DNA of 64,000 nucleotides from Octopus vulgaris (Eukaryota). The translations under genes were made by a program, and so were the position numbers. The notes below the pieces were generated by a model. That model searched no databases and was not told the DNA's origin. It worked only from the letters and a program-made list of their open reading frames with translations. Below, one piece after another: positions 25,600 through 39,085 of this stretch (its first letter is position 1; each line of letters opens with the position of its first letter). The stretch is taken from assembly GCA_951406725.2 (NCBI GenBank), contig OX597820.1, positions 95,170,001 to 95,234,000 of the forward strand, in the 5' to 3' direction.

Positions 25600-26110
25600 C
25601 CTGACTAAAGGTTAATTAGGTCGTTTGTCTCAAGAGTAAGCTCAGGAAAGCGGGAAGCTAGCACAGTAAAATGTAAATAAACCGGCAGACGGTGACGAGT
25701 AACCACTGCTTATCTTTCCCAATAAAAATCATGAATCATCAGATTTTAGCATAGAGATCTATAATCGCCAACGCCTGTAGGCATGGTACATGAAGAGAAG
25801 GAGAAACGGGAGAGAAAGAGAGACAGGGAGAGAAAGATTGCAACAGAAAAAGAGAAACTTTGAGTTACCTCCCCTTTCTTGTTTATTGTTAACAACTCAG
25901 GAAGCGCCACTTTCGACTGAGTTAAGAGGTTTTATAAAATCATTCAATTATTTTTTCAACGGTCACAAAGAATTGATAAAGTTTCGTCCCTAACTTAAAC
26001 AGTAAGACGTACGAAATATATTATGAGGAATAATTGATAGCAACAAAAATTGGTTTATAAGCATGAAAAATGGGGGTCTGTATACTACTTGCCGTCGCGA
26101 GAAGTGGTTG
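25600..26110 (+). promoter_or_regulatory. Candidate promoter and first non-coding exon of the SPICE1-like gene
   Basis: Non-repetitive, relatively CpG-rich stretch with a CA|GTAAGA donor at 26001/26002. Positional inference only. Confidence 0.3.
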
Positions 26111-27529
26111 ATATAGCAACATTACAAACATTTTATATATTCCAACGAACTCTTACGTACCAACATATATCTACCTATGACAATATCGAATTCTGGATCT
26201 GATTTCAGTGAACCAATAATTAATTACGCAAGCTCGACTCGTTCATTAACTTTTGATTAAAGCGGCATTTTCTGAACGAAGCGAATTAATGGTAATTTTT
26301 TAATTTTTTAAACTTCTTAACGTTTGTTATTGAGAAAGAAAAAAAAAACATAGACATCAAAACCATTTTGCCCTTAAGAACATCTTTTCATAGTATCGGT
26401 ATATAATTGTTTAACTAGTACATACATTATTAAGATTATAATTTTCTGGAGTATTATTAACCACATCTTTAGAGTCAATATTTTATCGATACATTTAGAT
26501 ATTAATATTGTAAATATACATTTTGTTAACTGCACATTTCTGACAGTAAGACTTATACGTAATTGTTTAATACTAATATTAATAATGTTTATGTTATTGC
26601 TTAAATGCATGTTTATATGACTGTTTAATAAATCCATATTTTCATAACTTCCCTCATTCAACTTTCATAGTGCTTTATTAATTAAGAAAAACATAGATGT
26701 CACCACATCCTTCTCTTCAGTTTGGTTATTACTGAACACAATAGACATTACTATCATTACCCCTAATTCCATCAAAACGTTTCTTTTTATTTTTCAGCGT
26801 TTCATTATTTTGCTTTAACCCCCAGAACATCCCTAGCTAAACAAGCTCTATGATCTAAGTTATTCTAGTTATGACATCTCTTTTTGTACATTTGGAACAA
26901 TTTTTCCCAATGTCTTTAATTTTTTAAGGCGGAAGGATGTGGCTTAGCGGAATTTTGTCACTATTTCTTGGAGGTCGAATGACTGTACAAAGGCTGCCTC
27001 TTTGGCTTAGTGTCCCCTGTTGTTTTTTAGCTCCAAGTCAGCCCTCATTGGGCAAACTTTTGATCAAGGACGTTTAAACCGTGGCCATGCTGTCTTTTCC
27101 CCAGTCCCAGTGAACCTAGGAACTCATTAATCAATGAATTCTTTTCTAAGACAGGTGTGTTATAACGGAGATTTGGTTGCTGTTCTTAGCGGGTCAATGT
27201 GACTGAATGGAGACTCCTTGGTTGGCTCAACTTCCCATTTTTCTCTTTGTTGCTATGAAAAATATTAGATTTTGCCCCTACAAAAGATATTTATCAGTTT
27301 TGATTTTCTTAAGGAGGTACAAGCCCATAGATTTATAGAGGATACGAATAATATTGTGATACCTTCCTCAAAGACAATGCCATTAAAAATCCGTCCTAAT
27401 TTAGGCACAAGGCCTGAAATTTTATGGGGAAGAGTTTAGTCGATTACATCGATCCCAGCTCTCAATTGGTACCTTATTTTATCGACCCTGAAAGGACGAA
27501 AGGCAAAGTTAATGTGAAATATTTTCAAG

Positions 27530-30320
27530 AAGCAAAATCGAATCAAAGACCTTTCACTGCACTGTCTTCTATAATTATTGATTTTTAACTTTGGTTCAAG
27601 AATCTGTAGAGAATGGTTAAGTTCTGCTATAATCCTGTTGACATCTGTGATGTCTGGATAAACTCCTGAATTTTTTGTTATTTTGCTGGGGTTAGAGAAA
27701 GGGGCTGTGCCCGTGGCCAAGAAAGATATAAACAAGGAAAGGATTCCAGAAAGCTGACATTCTGGAAAGAAAAGATGAGGCATAATGATTAGTGTGGGAC
27801 TTGCAGAGTTGCACACAGAAAGGGTGATGAAAGTAGGGAGAGGTGGCATAAGCTCTACGAGCTCCATGGAGCAAAATCCATTATAGTAATGATAAGAGAG
27901 GAGTCAGCACATCTGTGGGCTACAAGCTGGAGTTTGTATATAAGTGACTTTATGCTGATCAGTTGGATAACCTTTTTCAAGATGTTGTCTAGGGTGTTTA
28001 TATGTGCAGTAGCACTGTCTCATATGTGGGTCTCATCTGAGCTTAGCAGATTGTCAATAATTGTACGGGATTGAAGAGAAGGGCCAAAAGAAATCTTTGG
28101 TGACAGTGGGACCACAAATTGGAGTGATTTTGCAGACATTCATAATGAAAGGGATGTGATGATGTTTTCTTGATGTGAATAGTGATTTGTGTTTTCTAGC
28201 TGTTGAAAGAGAATGGTATATAGTCAATGACGGATGCTTTTTGAAGTTTCTGGTGATGGAATCAATGTGGATTTGTTATGTAAGGTCTAGGTTGGGAGTG
28301 AATGATGCATGTTAGGAAAGAATGAAAGGTGGGTTCATCTGTAAGAGCATGTTTTGTTGGATGTGTTGGAAAATGAGTCAAGGAAGAAAGTAGGGGACAA
28401 ATTTGGATTCTGGGGCTTGCCAAAATTCATAGAATGAGGGACTTCCCATTAATGTAACAAATTATTTTCCAATACATAAAGAAGCCTTCTTTGTTACACC
28501 TTTGTCAACACACACTACAATAGTGACCTGATAGAAAGCTACTAATCCACAAAATTGGAAGACTGGTGGAGCCCACTGGCAGGCAATTTTGAAAGGAGAT
28601 TCATGCACCAGACAGTAAAAAAAAGCTTGCAAATATCAGATGACAATATTATTTTCACCAAATTTCTCCAAAGCAAGAGCCTACGGGTGAGTGATAGAGG
28701 AGAGTAGTTCACAAATGGAGTTGGCTTTACAGAAGCCATGCTGGTGGTCAATAAGGAGAGAAAGAGAGCAAAGTTGGAGGATGTCATTGTTAACAATTGG
28801 TTCCCTTACCTTAGAGTTATTAGAAGTGTGATAAAGTGATTGTTAGCTGAGTTAGAGTAGTTGCCTTTCTGGAGAATGTTTCCTCTGTAGAGGAGGAGAG
28901 ATTGAAAAGTTTGCTGAGTATAGAAATTAGCTCTGGGGGTTCAGTGTTTGTGTGAAAAGTTTGGACACTGTCAGGGTTGGCAGCCTTGTTGGTTTGAAGT
29001 GACCAAAGGTACTTTGGCTTTTGGCATGTGTGTGTACAAGGGAGTGGACATAAAAGGGTGAAAGAGGATAAAATTGGAGAAGATTTGCCAGGAGCATGCA
29101 ATGTGGAGATGACTGCAAAACAGGCAGTGAAAGGGGAGACTTTCTTTGCAGGAGTATTGCTCTCATAGAACCATCATTGTTGTGAAATAGAGAGAAAGAG
29201 GATTCTGCAAAGTTGGTGGAAATCCTTTTGGCAAGGAACCAAAAGAATCTGCTGCAGTTTAGAAGGCAGGATAGCTTGAGGGTTGTACTATACATAATCA
29301 TCTTACACAGTTTGGATAGTTGCCTTTCAGTTGTGTTGCTGGGTAAGGGTACATACCATTCGGGGTGGGGAGATAAATTTTGCTGGAAATTGTTGGCTTT
29401 GCTTTTTGCCTGAACAACTGTACAATTATGAGTGAATCACTTAGGGTATCAGATTTTTGTTGCATGTAGGATGTGAAAGGACTTGTCTAAAAAGATAATT
29501 TTATTCACCTACCAAACTGATGGCTCAAGTGTGAAGCACATGCTGCCAGGAGTAGTCAGCTTGGATTGCAGCTGTCAAGGGTAATTGGTATGAAACTGGC
29601 AGAGCTCCAACTTGTCATTGGGTATGATGTGTAGAGAGTGTTATGTGGTATATAAACATGTTTGTTGGGTAACTGCAATGAAGCAGTGGTTGGATGATTC
29701 AGTAAGTGTGGAGACAGTCATAGCTCAAGTCAGACTAGGTTGAGGGTGAGAATGGGATCAAAGGTATTTGAAGTGTCTGAGTGTTGATGTAGGATGTGTG
29801 AAGTGGTAAACTAATGAAGAGGGTTGAGAATTGCCAAAGATTCTGTTTCTGCACAGATGATATCAATGTGGCTTGAGTGAAAGAGTCACCAGGTGATGTG
29901 AATTTTGAAGTTGCCAAAAATAACGAGTTTAGAGAGGAGTGAAGTATAATATATATCCTCAATGTAGAAGGAGATATGGTTGAAGGAATTAAGAGAGCAA
30001 TGTATTTGGAGTTTAAGGGAAGGGGTACTTTGATCCAGATTAAATGAAAGTCAATATTGCTGATCATCAGGGGAAAGAAGTGAGTTACAGGCTAAGTGAT
30101 GTCTAAATATGTGCAGACACTACTTTTCATGAGGAATTTGGAGTAGAGAGTGTAGCCTGGACAAATGAGATGGGTTGGAGATAGGGATTGAGAGGTTTGT
30201 GTCTCAGGGAGAAATAAGATGTGTGATCTGTGTAGCAGAATAACACTGGTGCTTATTTTATCCCTCATAAACTTCAAATTAAATACTGGTACTCTTGGTT
30301 TCCATATCTCTACCATCCTA
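27530..30320 (-). mobile_element. Old, near full-length pol of a CR1/Jockey-group LINE
   Basis: ILFLPETQ..CPGYTL (APE), LQTNKAANPDSV..ELISILSKLFNLS and LLSKLPASG (RT), YYNGFCSMELVELMPP (C-terminus). Heavily decayed. Confidence 0.75.
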
Positions 30321-31257
30321 TAAATAATTATTTTTTATGCAGCAATGGGCATAGACATGGCTTTGTCCTTAAGAATTTTGCTTCACAAATACATGGTTTG
30401 TGGTTCAATTCCATTATGTAGCACTTTGGGCAAGCATCTTTTACCATTGTCTTGGGTTGGTCAATGCCTTGTGAATGAAATTTGACTGCCGAAAAATCTA
30501 TGTAGATGCCTATATGGATTCTCTTTTTCTTTTGACCTGTAGACTTAATCCACACCTCTTTAACACTACAACCTGATTCTTTGGTACCTTTAGCACTCTG
30601 TTGCAAGTATTTTGGTCAAATTTGAGGATAACTTCCTCAAACCAGTTGTGGAGGCACTGCCAAGTATAATGGACATTTCATTTCATCCTCAACTAAGCCA
30701 TACAGAAAATGACTAAATTGGTAAAATAATTGACTAATCGACTAAAAATGTGTCATTTTGTCTATTTACGTCAGTGTTTAAGTCTTGGTGGTGTAGGCTT
30801 AGTCTATCAATAACCCCAGTACAATAAGCTCCAGATATACATACATTTAAATTCATTTGACTACTGTTCCCTAAAATCAGAGCTTTATAAATGGAGTACA
30901 CTAGGGTATCATAGCATAAAAAAATTATAAATTTAAATAACTCGTTTAAAAAGTCAATAAATGTGTTGTTTACCATAACCCTCTTGTTACCATATTTCTG
31001 TTGAAATACTCTGCCTTTGTTTCAATTACTTTTGAAAACAATGAAAAATTTAGTGAAATAACTAAATTTTGAAAGTTATTAATCTGGTGTTTGAAGCATA
31101 AATTAAAATAGAATTTTGATGAAAAGTTTTAATTTAGATTACTTTAAAACAAGAAATTTGCCCGATAAAACCAGGGGTTGTCTCAGGCAGGTTGGTATCA
31201 AAAGGGTTTTGAGGAGATAGTGACAAGATTACAAAAACACTGGAAACTACTGTCCCA

Positions 31258-31510
31258 AAGGGGGTACATGCCAGGAGCATGCAATGTGGAGATGACTGCA
31301 AAACAGAGTGTCTAGCTTTAAGAGCATCGCAAAAGGCTTGGTTAAAGGCCCAACCTTCTGAGTTGTTTTACATGGCTTAGACAAACTGAAGGATCACTGC
31401 AACAAGTGTGTGAATCTGAGAGGGGAATATGCTGAATAAAATCATAATTAATTGATCTCCCCTGTATTTTCTTTTACCCAAAATCAGGAACTTTTCAGCA
31501 CCACCTCCTA
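31258..31510 (+). mobile_element. Mariner-type MITE with a disrupted left TIR
   Basis: Same family as 61600-61803; right end GGAACTTTTCAGCACC..TA. Confidence 0.75.
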
Positions 31511-31787
31511 TGTTATCAATATTGATTTCTTAGGCAGTGGTTATCTTGTTTAATTTATGACACAAGGTCCTATGTTAGTTCTCAAGAACTGGCATTATGT
31601 ATCATTGAGTTGTGTAGTGTTTTGGTTTGTCATGGAGCACCACTTTCTTCTGACTTCAAGTTTACATAAGAAAACTTCTTTTGATATTGTCCTCACTTCT
31701 TTTGTTGAAACATATCATGATCCAGCTACAGTTTTTTTTTTTTTGAAGGCTAAGTTTGAAGTTTCATATGATTTACTTTTGTAACTT

Positions 31788-32836
31788 TGAAGGTCTGTCC
31801 AAAAGGAAACTGAACTTTTTAAAAAACAGATTTATTTTACTTAAAAATTTTATCCGACATGTCTTTTTCAAAAATGGTTTCTTCCATTCACACCACACTG
31901 CTCCCAACATTTTTTATTTATTTGTTTATTTTCTAGTTTTGGAACATTTTCAGAGGTTGCATGTAGTTCTCATAACAAATATTATTTGATTGTTATTACC
32001 TCAGATTGGCAACCTTTTAGGAACAGAAAGACATTTTCAAAGGGACCTAATCTAGAGAGATGAGTGAATAAGAGAAGACAGTCATCTTGTGCTTTGCCAA
32101 AAACTCATTGATGAGGAATGACACAAGAGCAGGTGTATTGCCTTGGTACAGCATCACAGCAATTTTGCACTGTGATCATTGCCTGCTGCCATGGATAGTT
32201 GTCTAGATTTGAGATTGTCTTCAGTAGATGTTCTTCCTGTACATAATGTCACTGGTGCCACTTGTGACATTATGTACAGCTTAAATGGTCCTCCTTATAG
32301 GCCTGCTGCAAAAGTCTAAGAGTTTTTCCAAATTTGAAACAGAATTTCACACAAACATATTTTGCTTTGCTCTTCCAAATTCTTCATTCTTCAACTTCAA
32401 ACAAATTAACCATGTGCACTGAACATGCATTCTCTCTAGCACCAGTAGATCAATGACAACCTGATATGACTGGAACTGTTATTAGACAGAATGTCAAAGT
32501 TACCTTGGTTAGGTCCACATTACTCCATAAAGAGCATAGGACCAGTTTTTCTGGTATATATTCCTCCCTGGATGGAATGCCAGTCTATCACATAATTACT
32601 CATTTTTACCAGCTGAGTGGACTGGAGCTACGTGAAATAAAAGTGTTTTACTCAAGAACACAATGCATCACCCAATCCAGGAATTAAAACCATAGTCTTC
32701 TGATCATGAGTCCAACACCCTAACCACTAAGCCATGTGCCTCCACTAAAGTCACTATATATAGTGTATACTCTATCATAACACCTTGTTGGTACACTGTT
32801 TTAAAGGTACAGTTTCTTTATGGACAGACCTCATAT
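31788..32836. mobile_element. Non-autonomous mariner element with nested SINE
   Basis: TIR pair GAAGGTCTGTCCAAAAGGAAACTGAAC / GTACAGTTTCTTTATGGACAGACCTCATA. Confidence 0.6.
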
Positions 32837-33446
32837 TTAATGATTCTTTTTCATGGGTCCATAGCTTAAATTTTATGGAAAATGAAATGAACTAAGTGTA
32901 ATAACTCAAGCGAGCCATGAAATTAAATAAGTTTAAGGGTGATGTACCGAATGATGTATGCAAAAATCTTCATAGTTCCTGTGTACCTAGGGTCAAAAGG
33001 CCACCCTATAATTAGCAATGTTTGGTTTTGGAAAAATGTGTTCGACCATTTATGATCATATAATCAAAGATTTATTTTGTAAAGGTATCTAATTTAGAGC
33101 AAAATAGTTTTACATTAAACAAAATTTAGTACATCACTAAGGCATACTCACTACAGACCATAATGCATGTCTATATTTCAACTACATATGTAAGTAGTTT
33201 CAAAAGTACTGCCAAGTCTTGACTACCTGGGCACCATACTGATCTCCATTATTGCAGAGATGCAGTGTAGTTCATCCATGACCCCTTTTATAGTCAAAGA
33301 AATGATGTGTGTGAGGGAGTAAAAGTCAGTAAAAAGAGAGAGCTTATCTCTTTAAGACTAATCTTTAATATGAAATATATTTCTTGATAATGTCATAAAT
33401 AGCATGTTTAGTTTACTTTCTGGTAAATGTAGGGTATGTTAACACA

Positions 33447-33965
33447 TCAATCACTGCTGCCATCTACGTCAGTGTCACTATGTCTAGCTGTTTCTGCCTT
33501 ATCACTATTTTCATAGAGAAGTTCATCTTTAATCTCATTTATTGCATTTCGTATTTTGCATTCTTTTATGTCTACTTTGACTGTTGCCCATGATGACTTC
33601 ACCAACAGACATACTTCTGCAGTTGTAGGTTGCTTCAGCCATCTTTTTGGGTTTACCAGATATTCCCAGCAACCATCCACAGGTTCCACTCTTGTGTAAA
33701 ACATCTCAATAGCTTGTTGACTGAAATGTCTAATGGTTGTAACTACAATATTAAACTGCAGGAGATATTGACATTTTAGTTTATAATTGCTTAAGGGTAT
33801 TTTTCTTCCTTTGTTGCTTCTCTTTTGTGGGGTTTGGAATTGATCCCACACTGATAATATTGGTTTCTTCAACAAAACCTTCCTAACACTATGGCCATAT
33901 TTCTCCAACCAGAGTTTCACATCACCTTCATCCATCCACCATTTGTGATGGACATGAACAAAATG
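33447..33965 (-). pseudogene. pogo/Tigger-family DDE_1 transposase C-terminal relic
   Basis: WMDEGDVKLWLEK..KKPILSVWDQF and KQPTTAEVCLLVKSSW..CKIRNA..DELLYE match POGK-like transposases. A pogo-type end ..CTTGTATGCCACAGAATACAGTA lies at about 34900-34922. Confidence 0.75.
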
Positions 33966-36493
33966 CCAGTTGTAACAATTTCCTTGGACATTTAAGAGGT
34001 TTGTAATGTCTGCATATTGTAGTGTTTCTCAGGTTTAGTTATTTTTATAATCACTCTTTTGCATGATTATTTTTGGCAGTTTTGTTTGACACTACATTGA
34101 ATATTTGTTATTTGTTTAGTTATTTGATATTGCTTATTTGCCTCAGTTGGTAATTTACTACGTTCCTTGTATTGGTCATTCATTTTGTTAAACATTAAGA
34201 TTTTCTTCCTCATACTCCTCAAGCATTTTTCTTTTGTACTTTAGTCTACCTCTTCATGAAATGGTAGCAACAAGATAAAGATCCAGCAATCTCCGGCTGG
34301 TTATATTTCTATATTCTGCCAATTTTCTTAACCTGCTTATTACCACCTTTGTTGAGACTATGCACCCCTTAAATTATTAATTATGTATCCATGATTTTAT
34401 GGCTTCCTCCAGTTATAGGAATTTTGTTTCTTTTTGACAGATTCCATGTTGTTTTTTTTTTCATACTTGTTTTTAATATCTCTCCCCGTTTTCTTCTTTC
34501 ACAAATCATATTTTCAGTTGGTAGTTGTCCCTTCAGTTGCTCAGTTCCCCTGGTTGCCCTGTTGTTTGGCATATTCATCAACCTGTAGCTTGTAACTAAT
34601 TGTATATGTGTCTTTTCTGCTTAGTTGTCATTGTGTATTGTTGTAGAGAAGTCCTTTGTCTGGGACCCTGAACTCTTGATGGAATCATAAGGGCACCATC
34701 TTGACCTACTTCATGTCTTGGGTATCAAAACCTAAACATACTCCATTTTCTTGCATACAATTCTACATAGTATATAGTATAAACATGTGGTGTAAATATT
34801 CAAACGTTGTAACTATCTTTCCAATTTCTGTATTTCACATGGGATTTTTTTGCCCTCTAAAACCATCTTTGGCTGTAAATTTTGGTTTGGAAAATTCAGC
34901 TTGTATGCCACAGAATACAGTATCTCTTCAGGTCTGACCACAGCTGATTTTCTTCTAAAGAGAAAAAGAGAGAGTTGAAAAGAGAAAGAAAGCTCTATCT
35001 TAGGATTGTACTGGTATTTTATTTATCAACTCTGGAAAGATGACAAACAAAGTTGACCTTAGTGAAATTTGCTCCCAAACTGCAGAGAGCCAGAGCAATA
35101 TTGCAAGTCAGTTTAATTGACATTATAACAACTCTGCCAATTAGTTTGTATGTGTGGTGGTGGTAGTGGTGGGGTATCCTTTAGTGGTATGTCAACTTGT
35201 CAACATATAATATATGAGATATTATTTATCAATTACTTAGGGTGGCCAACTGGCAGAATCATTAAGACACCCGGCAAAATGCTTAGCGGCATTTAGTCTG
35301 TCTGTGCATTATGAGGTCAACTTTGCCTTTCAGCCTTTCTGGGTCAATAAAATAAGTACCAGTTGAGTATTAGGGTCGATGTATTTGGCTCATTCCTTCC
35401 CTTGAAATTACTGGCCTTGTGCCAAAATTTGAAACCATTATTTATTGATTACCATTTACCAAACAAAACAAATGGTGTTCCAATACAAGTTCATATGAAA
35501 TTAGTGGTAAATCTATTTGAACTTCTTACTAGTTGCCATCAATATAATTCAAAACTAATTTGCCCTGAGTATAACTTTAAACTGTATCCAGTTGTGGAGT
35601 CCTGTTTCAGAAGTTCCAGATTTTTGAGAAGTATGGAACCACCTTTTGGCCACTATTGTTTCTAGGTCTACTCTGACTCAAAGTAGTAGCACCCATCAAT
35701 GTCTCAGCTTTGTGTTAACTAGCTTATTAGTGCTTACCTACCTATGCATGTGAAGACTGGATCTAACAGACTCTGCAGAAGAAACCTTCATGATTAAACA
35801 AAGAGATAAGTAGCTGCAGCAACATATTGTGAAGCATTGAGAGCGAGATGAGGCAAGACATCTTAGTCATCCACTGCATCCCTCTTCATCCCCTGTCATC
35901 CTGACATGGTCTTCCCACTGGATTGAAGATGGTTGCAGATGAAACAATGAGGTTGACAGTGCACAACTTTTCTTCGCCTGAAACAAAGTCACTGTGCAAG
36001 TTATCAGTCATCCCCAAGGATGACTAGATGGCGCTTGTACAAAGCTAATAAATTTGATAATCATAGTACTTCAATATCTTTATTCGCATGTTAATGTAGC
36101 CGTAGTTGATTTATATTACAAGTCTCGGGTTCTAGTGAGAACCTATACTCTTATAAATAAAATGCAGTTATTTGAGGTAGGGGGTTCTTACATAGAAAAG
36201 CATGTCTTATGAGCCAGAGAATACAATCATTGAAATTTACTTCATTGTTGGAGAATGAAAAGCAAACATTTAGCAGAAGCTCTTAGAAACTCTCTAAGAA
36301 ACGAGAGATAATTTCAAAAAATTTAAGAATTAATTTCGTAAAGTTAATTTATAAACTGGTGAGTGGAGAATATCTGAACTGTTAAGATTTTATCTGCCTT
36401 CTCTCCAATTAGGCAGGAAATTTCGATTAATTATGAACTTTTTGCATTTGTGTTAAGTACATCACCCTTTAATTTATTTATCTACATTTACAG

Positions 36494-36505
36494 AGTCAGA
36501 GTGAT
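36494..36505 (+). CDS. SPICE1: Candidate 12-nt microexon (SQSD) of the SPICE1-like gene
   Basis: TTTACAG|AGTCAGAGTGAT|GTAAGT, phase 0, 236 nt upstream of the next candidate exon. Confidence 0.35.
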
Positions 36506-36741
36506 GTAAGTGCAAGGAGAGGATTATAACTGACAATCAAACATTTGACGGCCTACCTTATATTTGGGGGAGGGAAATAATAAAAAAAAACTTACTTTTT
36601 CATTCTACTAAGGTTGATAAAATAAGTATCAGCCAAGTATTGTGACTAGTTTACTTGCTCATGTCCCTGCCCCAAATATTTGTAGCCTTAAGAAATCATT
36701 ATTTTCTGTTGTAGTAGTGTTGTTTCATATTCTTTATCTAG

Positions 36742-36796
36742 GAAGAAAACCAAAAGAAATTAAGTAAGAAGAAGAAAACAAAAACAAAAATGGCAT
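36742..36796 (+). CDS. SPICE1: Candidate SPICE1 N-terminal exon (EENQKKLSKKKKTKTK-W-H; apparent +1 frameshift in an A-run)
   Basis: TCTAG|GAA..TGGCAT|GTATT. A basic tract plus Trp matches remembered SPICE1 KKKKTSVKQEWD, but the 55-nt length breaks frame. Confidence 0.5.
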
Positions 36797-38051
36797 GTAT
36801 TACTTATATTTTGGCACAATTATATGTAAGCACACGCACATACACATACACATATTCTTTTGCTGATTTTCTGTCATTGTATTGTGGCCATGCTAGAGCT
36901 CTACCTTTGAGGAACCATGTTGATCCACCTGCCTCCATTACTAATTTGAAAATCTAGTATTTGAACCAACCAAATCAAGCCCAAACATTCTGTCTGTTTT
37001 ATGTTTAAACCAGCCAAATCCAGCCTTTCACACCAATCCTGCAATGTCATTCTGAAAATAAGCACAATTACATCATTGAAATATCAAATCTCAAAGCTAT
37101 GAGATAGCACATGATTAATTCAAAACAATGTGAATAAATAAGTATTACATTTGACTGAGTAATCTGAATGCTAAAGCGTTAAGTTTAGTATTTATTTTAT
37201 CAATCTCTGTTTACCAGAAGACTAAGTTAAGTTTTTGACATAAAGGGATGCAATACTGGTATAAACATAAACATTGACATGGACACACACACTTCTTATA
37301 TATCATTATCACTTTTCCACTTTTCCATGGAGGCATTTCCTGGACGGGGCTTTTCCAAGTAATGTTTTACAGTTAGATGTCCTTTTAGATACCTGTTATG
37401 ATATGCAGGGATACAGCCAGGATACACAAACACATAACCACACTCACACACATCTGTGTGTCTCTGTGTATGTGAAGGCATGTGGCCTTCTGGTTAGGGT
37501 GTTGCACTCACAATTGCATGAACGTGGTTTCGATTCCCAAACCAGGAGATGCATTGTGTTCTTGAACAAAACACTTCATTTCACATTGCCCCAGTCAACT
37601 CAGCTTTAAATGAGTAACCCTGCTTCAGATTTGCATTCTGTAATCTCAGCCAATTTATACATCATGTAAACTGGGTAACAAGTTCTATGGGTCTTAGGGC
37701 TCAAGACAGTACTTTGTCTTTGTGTGCATGTGTGTGTTCATGTATAAATGTATGTGTGTGTATACACTCAAGCTAATATTGAACAGTAAGAATGAGTGCT
37801 CAACACTGCATTGGTGAATAAATATGTTTTATTTGTTGGTTAACAAGACTATTTCTGGTTTCATGCCAGGAGAAGTTTCTCAGCAATTATCAAGGCTGCC
37901 ACATGGGACATTGATACTCATCTTTACCTTGGATGAGAATACATGTAGCTTCATGGGGAAGAGTACCAACGTCCATTGTAGCAGATTTAATAATGACTGA
38001 GAAATCTTCTCAGCATGAAATTAATGGTAGCCTGCTAACCCACAAATAAAG

Positions 38052-38105
<54 letters not shown>

Positions 38106-39085
38106 ATAATATAAATAATATATATGCATATATACATACATATATGTACATACATATATATGTATATAGCTTTGCATATATGGGTACAGGACATCACAAA
38201 ACGTAAACAACATGAAATACATAAATAAGTTGGGTATGTGAACAATGAGAGAAACAAATGGTAAACAAAACAAGTAACATAAAAAAACGACCCTTCATCA
38301 GTTGTTGGCTGTCCTTCTTCTCTTCATTTCGAGCATTGGCCAACAATATAAGACTTTGAAGGCAGTTGCTCCTGTGAACCTAAATAAAATTTGGGATTTG
38401 CAGAGGGTCAAATTTGGTAACAAAAACTGGGCAGTGGAGACATACAAGGAAACTGATTGAAACTCCCCCTTTCGTTTTCTCTCTCATCCTTTCTCTAAAT
38501 CTTTTCTCTCCCCTTCACTGTTTTCTGTCTGTCTCTCACTCTCCCTCTTCCTCCTTTACTCTCTCACTCATTGCTCACATGTGACCATCATCCATCTTTC
38601 TTTTCCTTCAGTGCAGTTGTACAGACTGCATGTATTCCTATCTATTTCTCTTTCTATCTTTTCTCTTGTCAAAGAGCATTCACTACTTTACCTCATCTGG
38701 TCTACCGACCTTCCTTGTTTGTTTTCGATCAGTTTCCTTGTATGTCTTCACTGTCCTGTTTTTGTTACCAACTTTGGCCCTCTGCAAATCCCAAATTTTA
38801 TTTTAGTTTGCAGGAGCAACTGCCTTCAAAGTCTTATAATGTCATTCACTGCTCAAAATAAGGAGTAGAAGAACAGCCGACAACTGATGAAGGGTCGTTT
38901 TTTATGTTACTTGCCTTGTTTTCAATTTGTTTCCCTCATTGTTCGCATACCCAATTTTATTTTCGTATTTCATGTTACGTTTTGTGATGTCCTGTAACCA
39001 TATTATGCATATATATATACATATGTATGTATATATGCATATATACATACATACATATATATATATATATTTATATATAATATGT
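38052..39085. mobile_element. Foldback element: about 400-bp inverted arms in (TA)n with a 260-bp pyrimidine-rich spacer
   Basis: 38110-38463 is the diverged reverse complement of 38721-39075 (e.g. ACAGGACATCACAAAACGTAA / TTACGTTTTGTGATGTCCTGT). Confidence 0.9.

Noticed and set aside
38285-38340. CTGATGA and GAAA words suggesting a permuted hammerhead ribozyme
   Set aside because: Stems II and III could not be formed.
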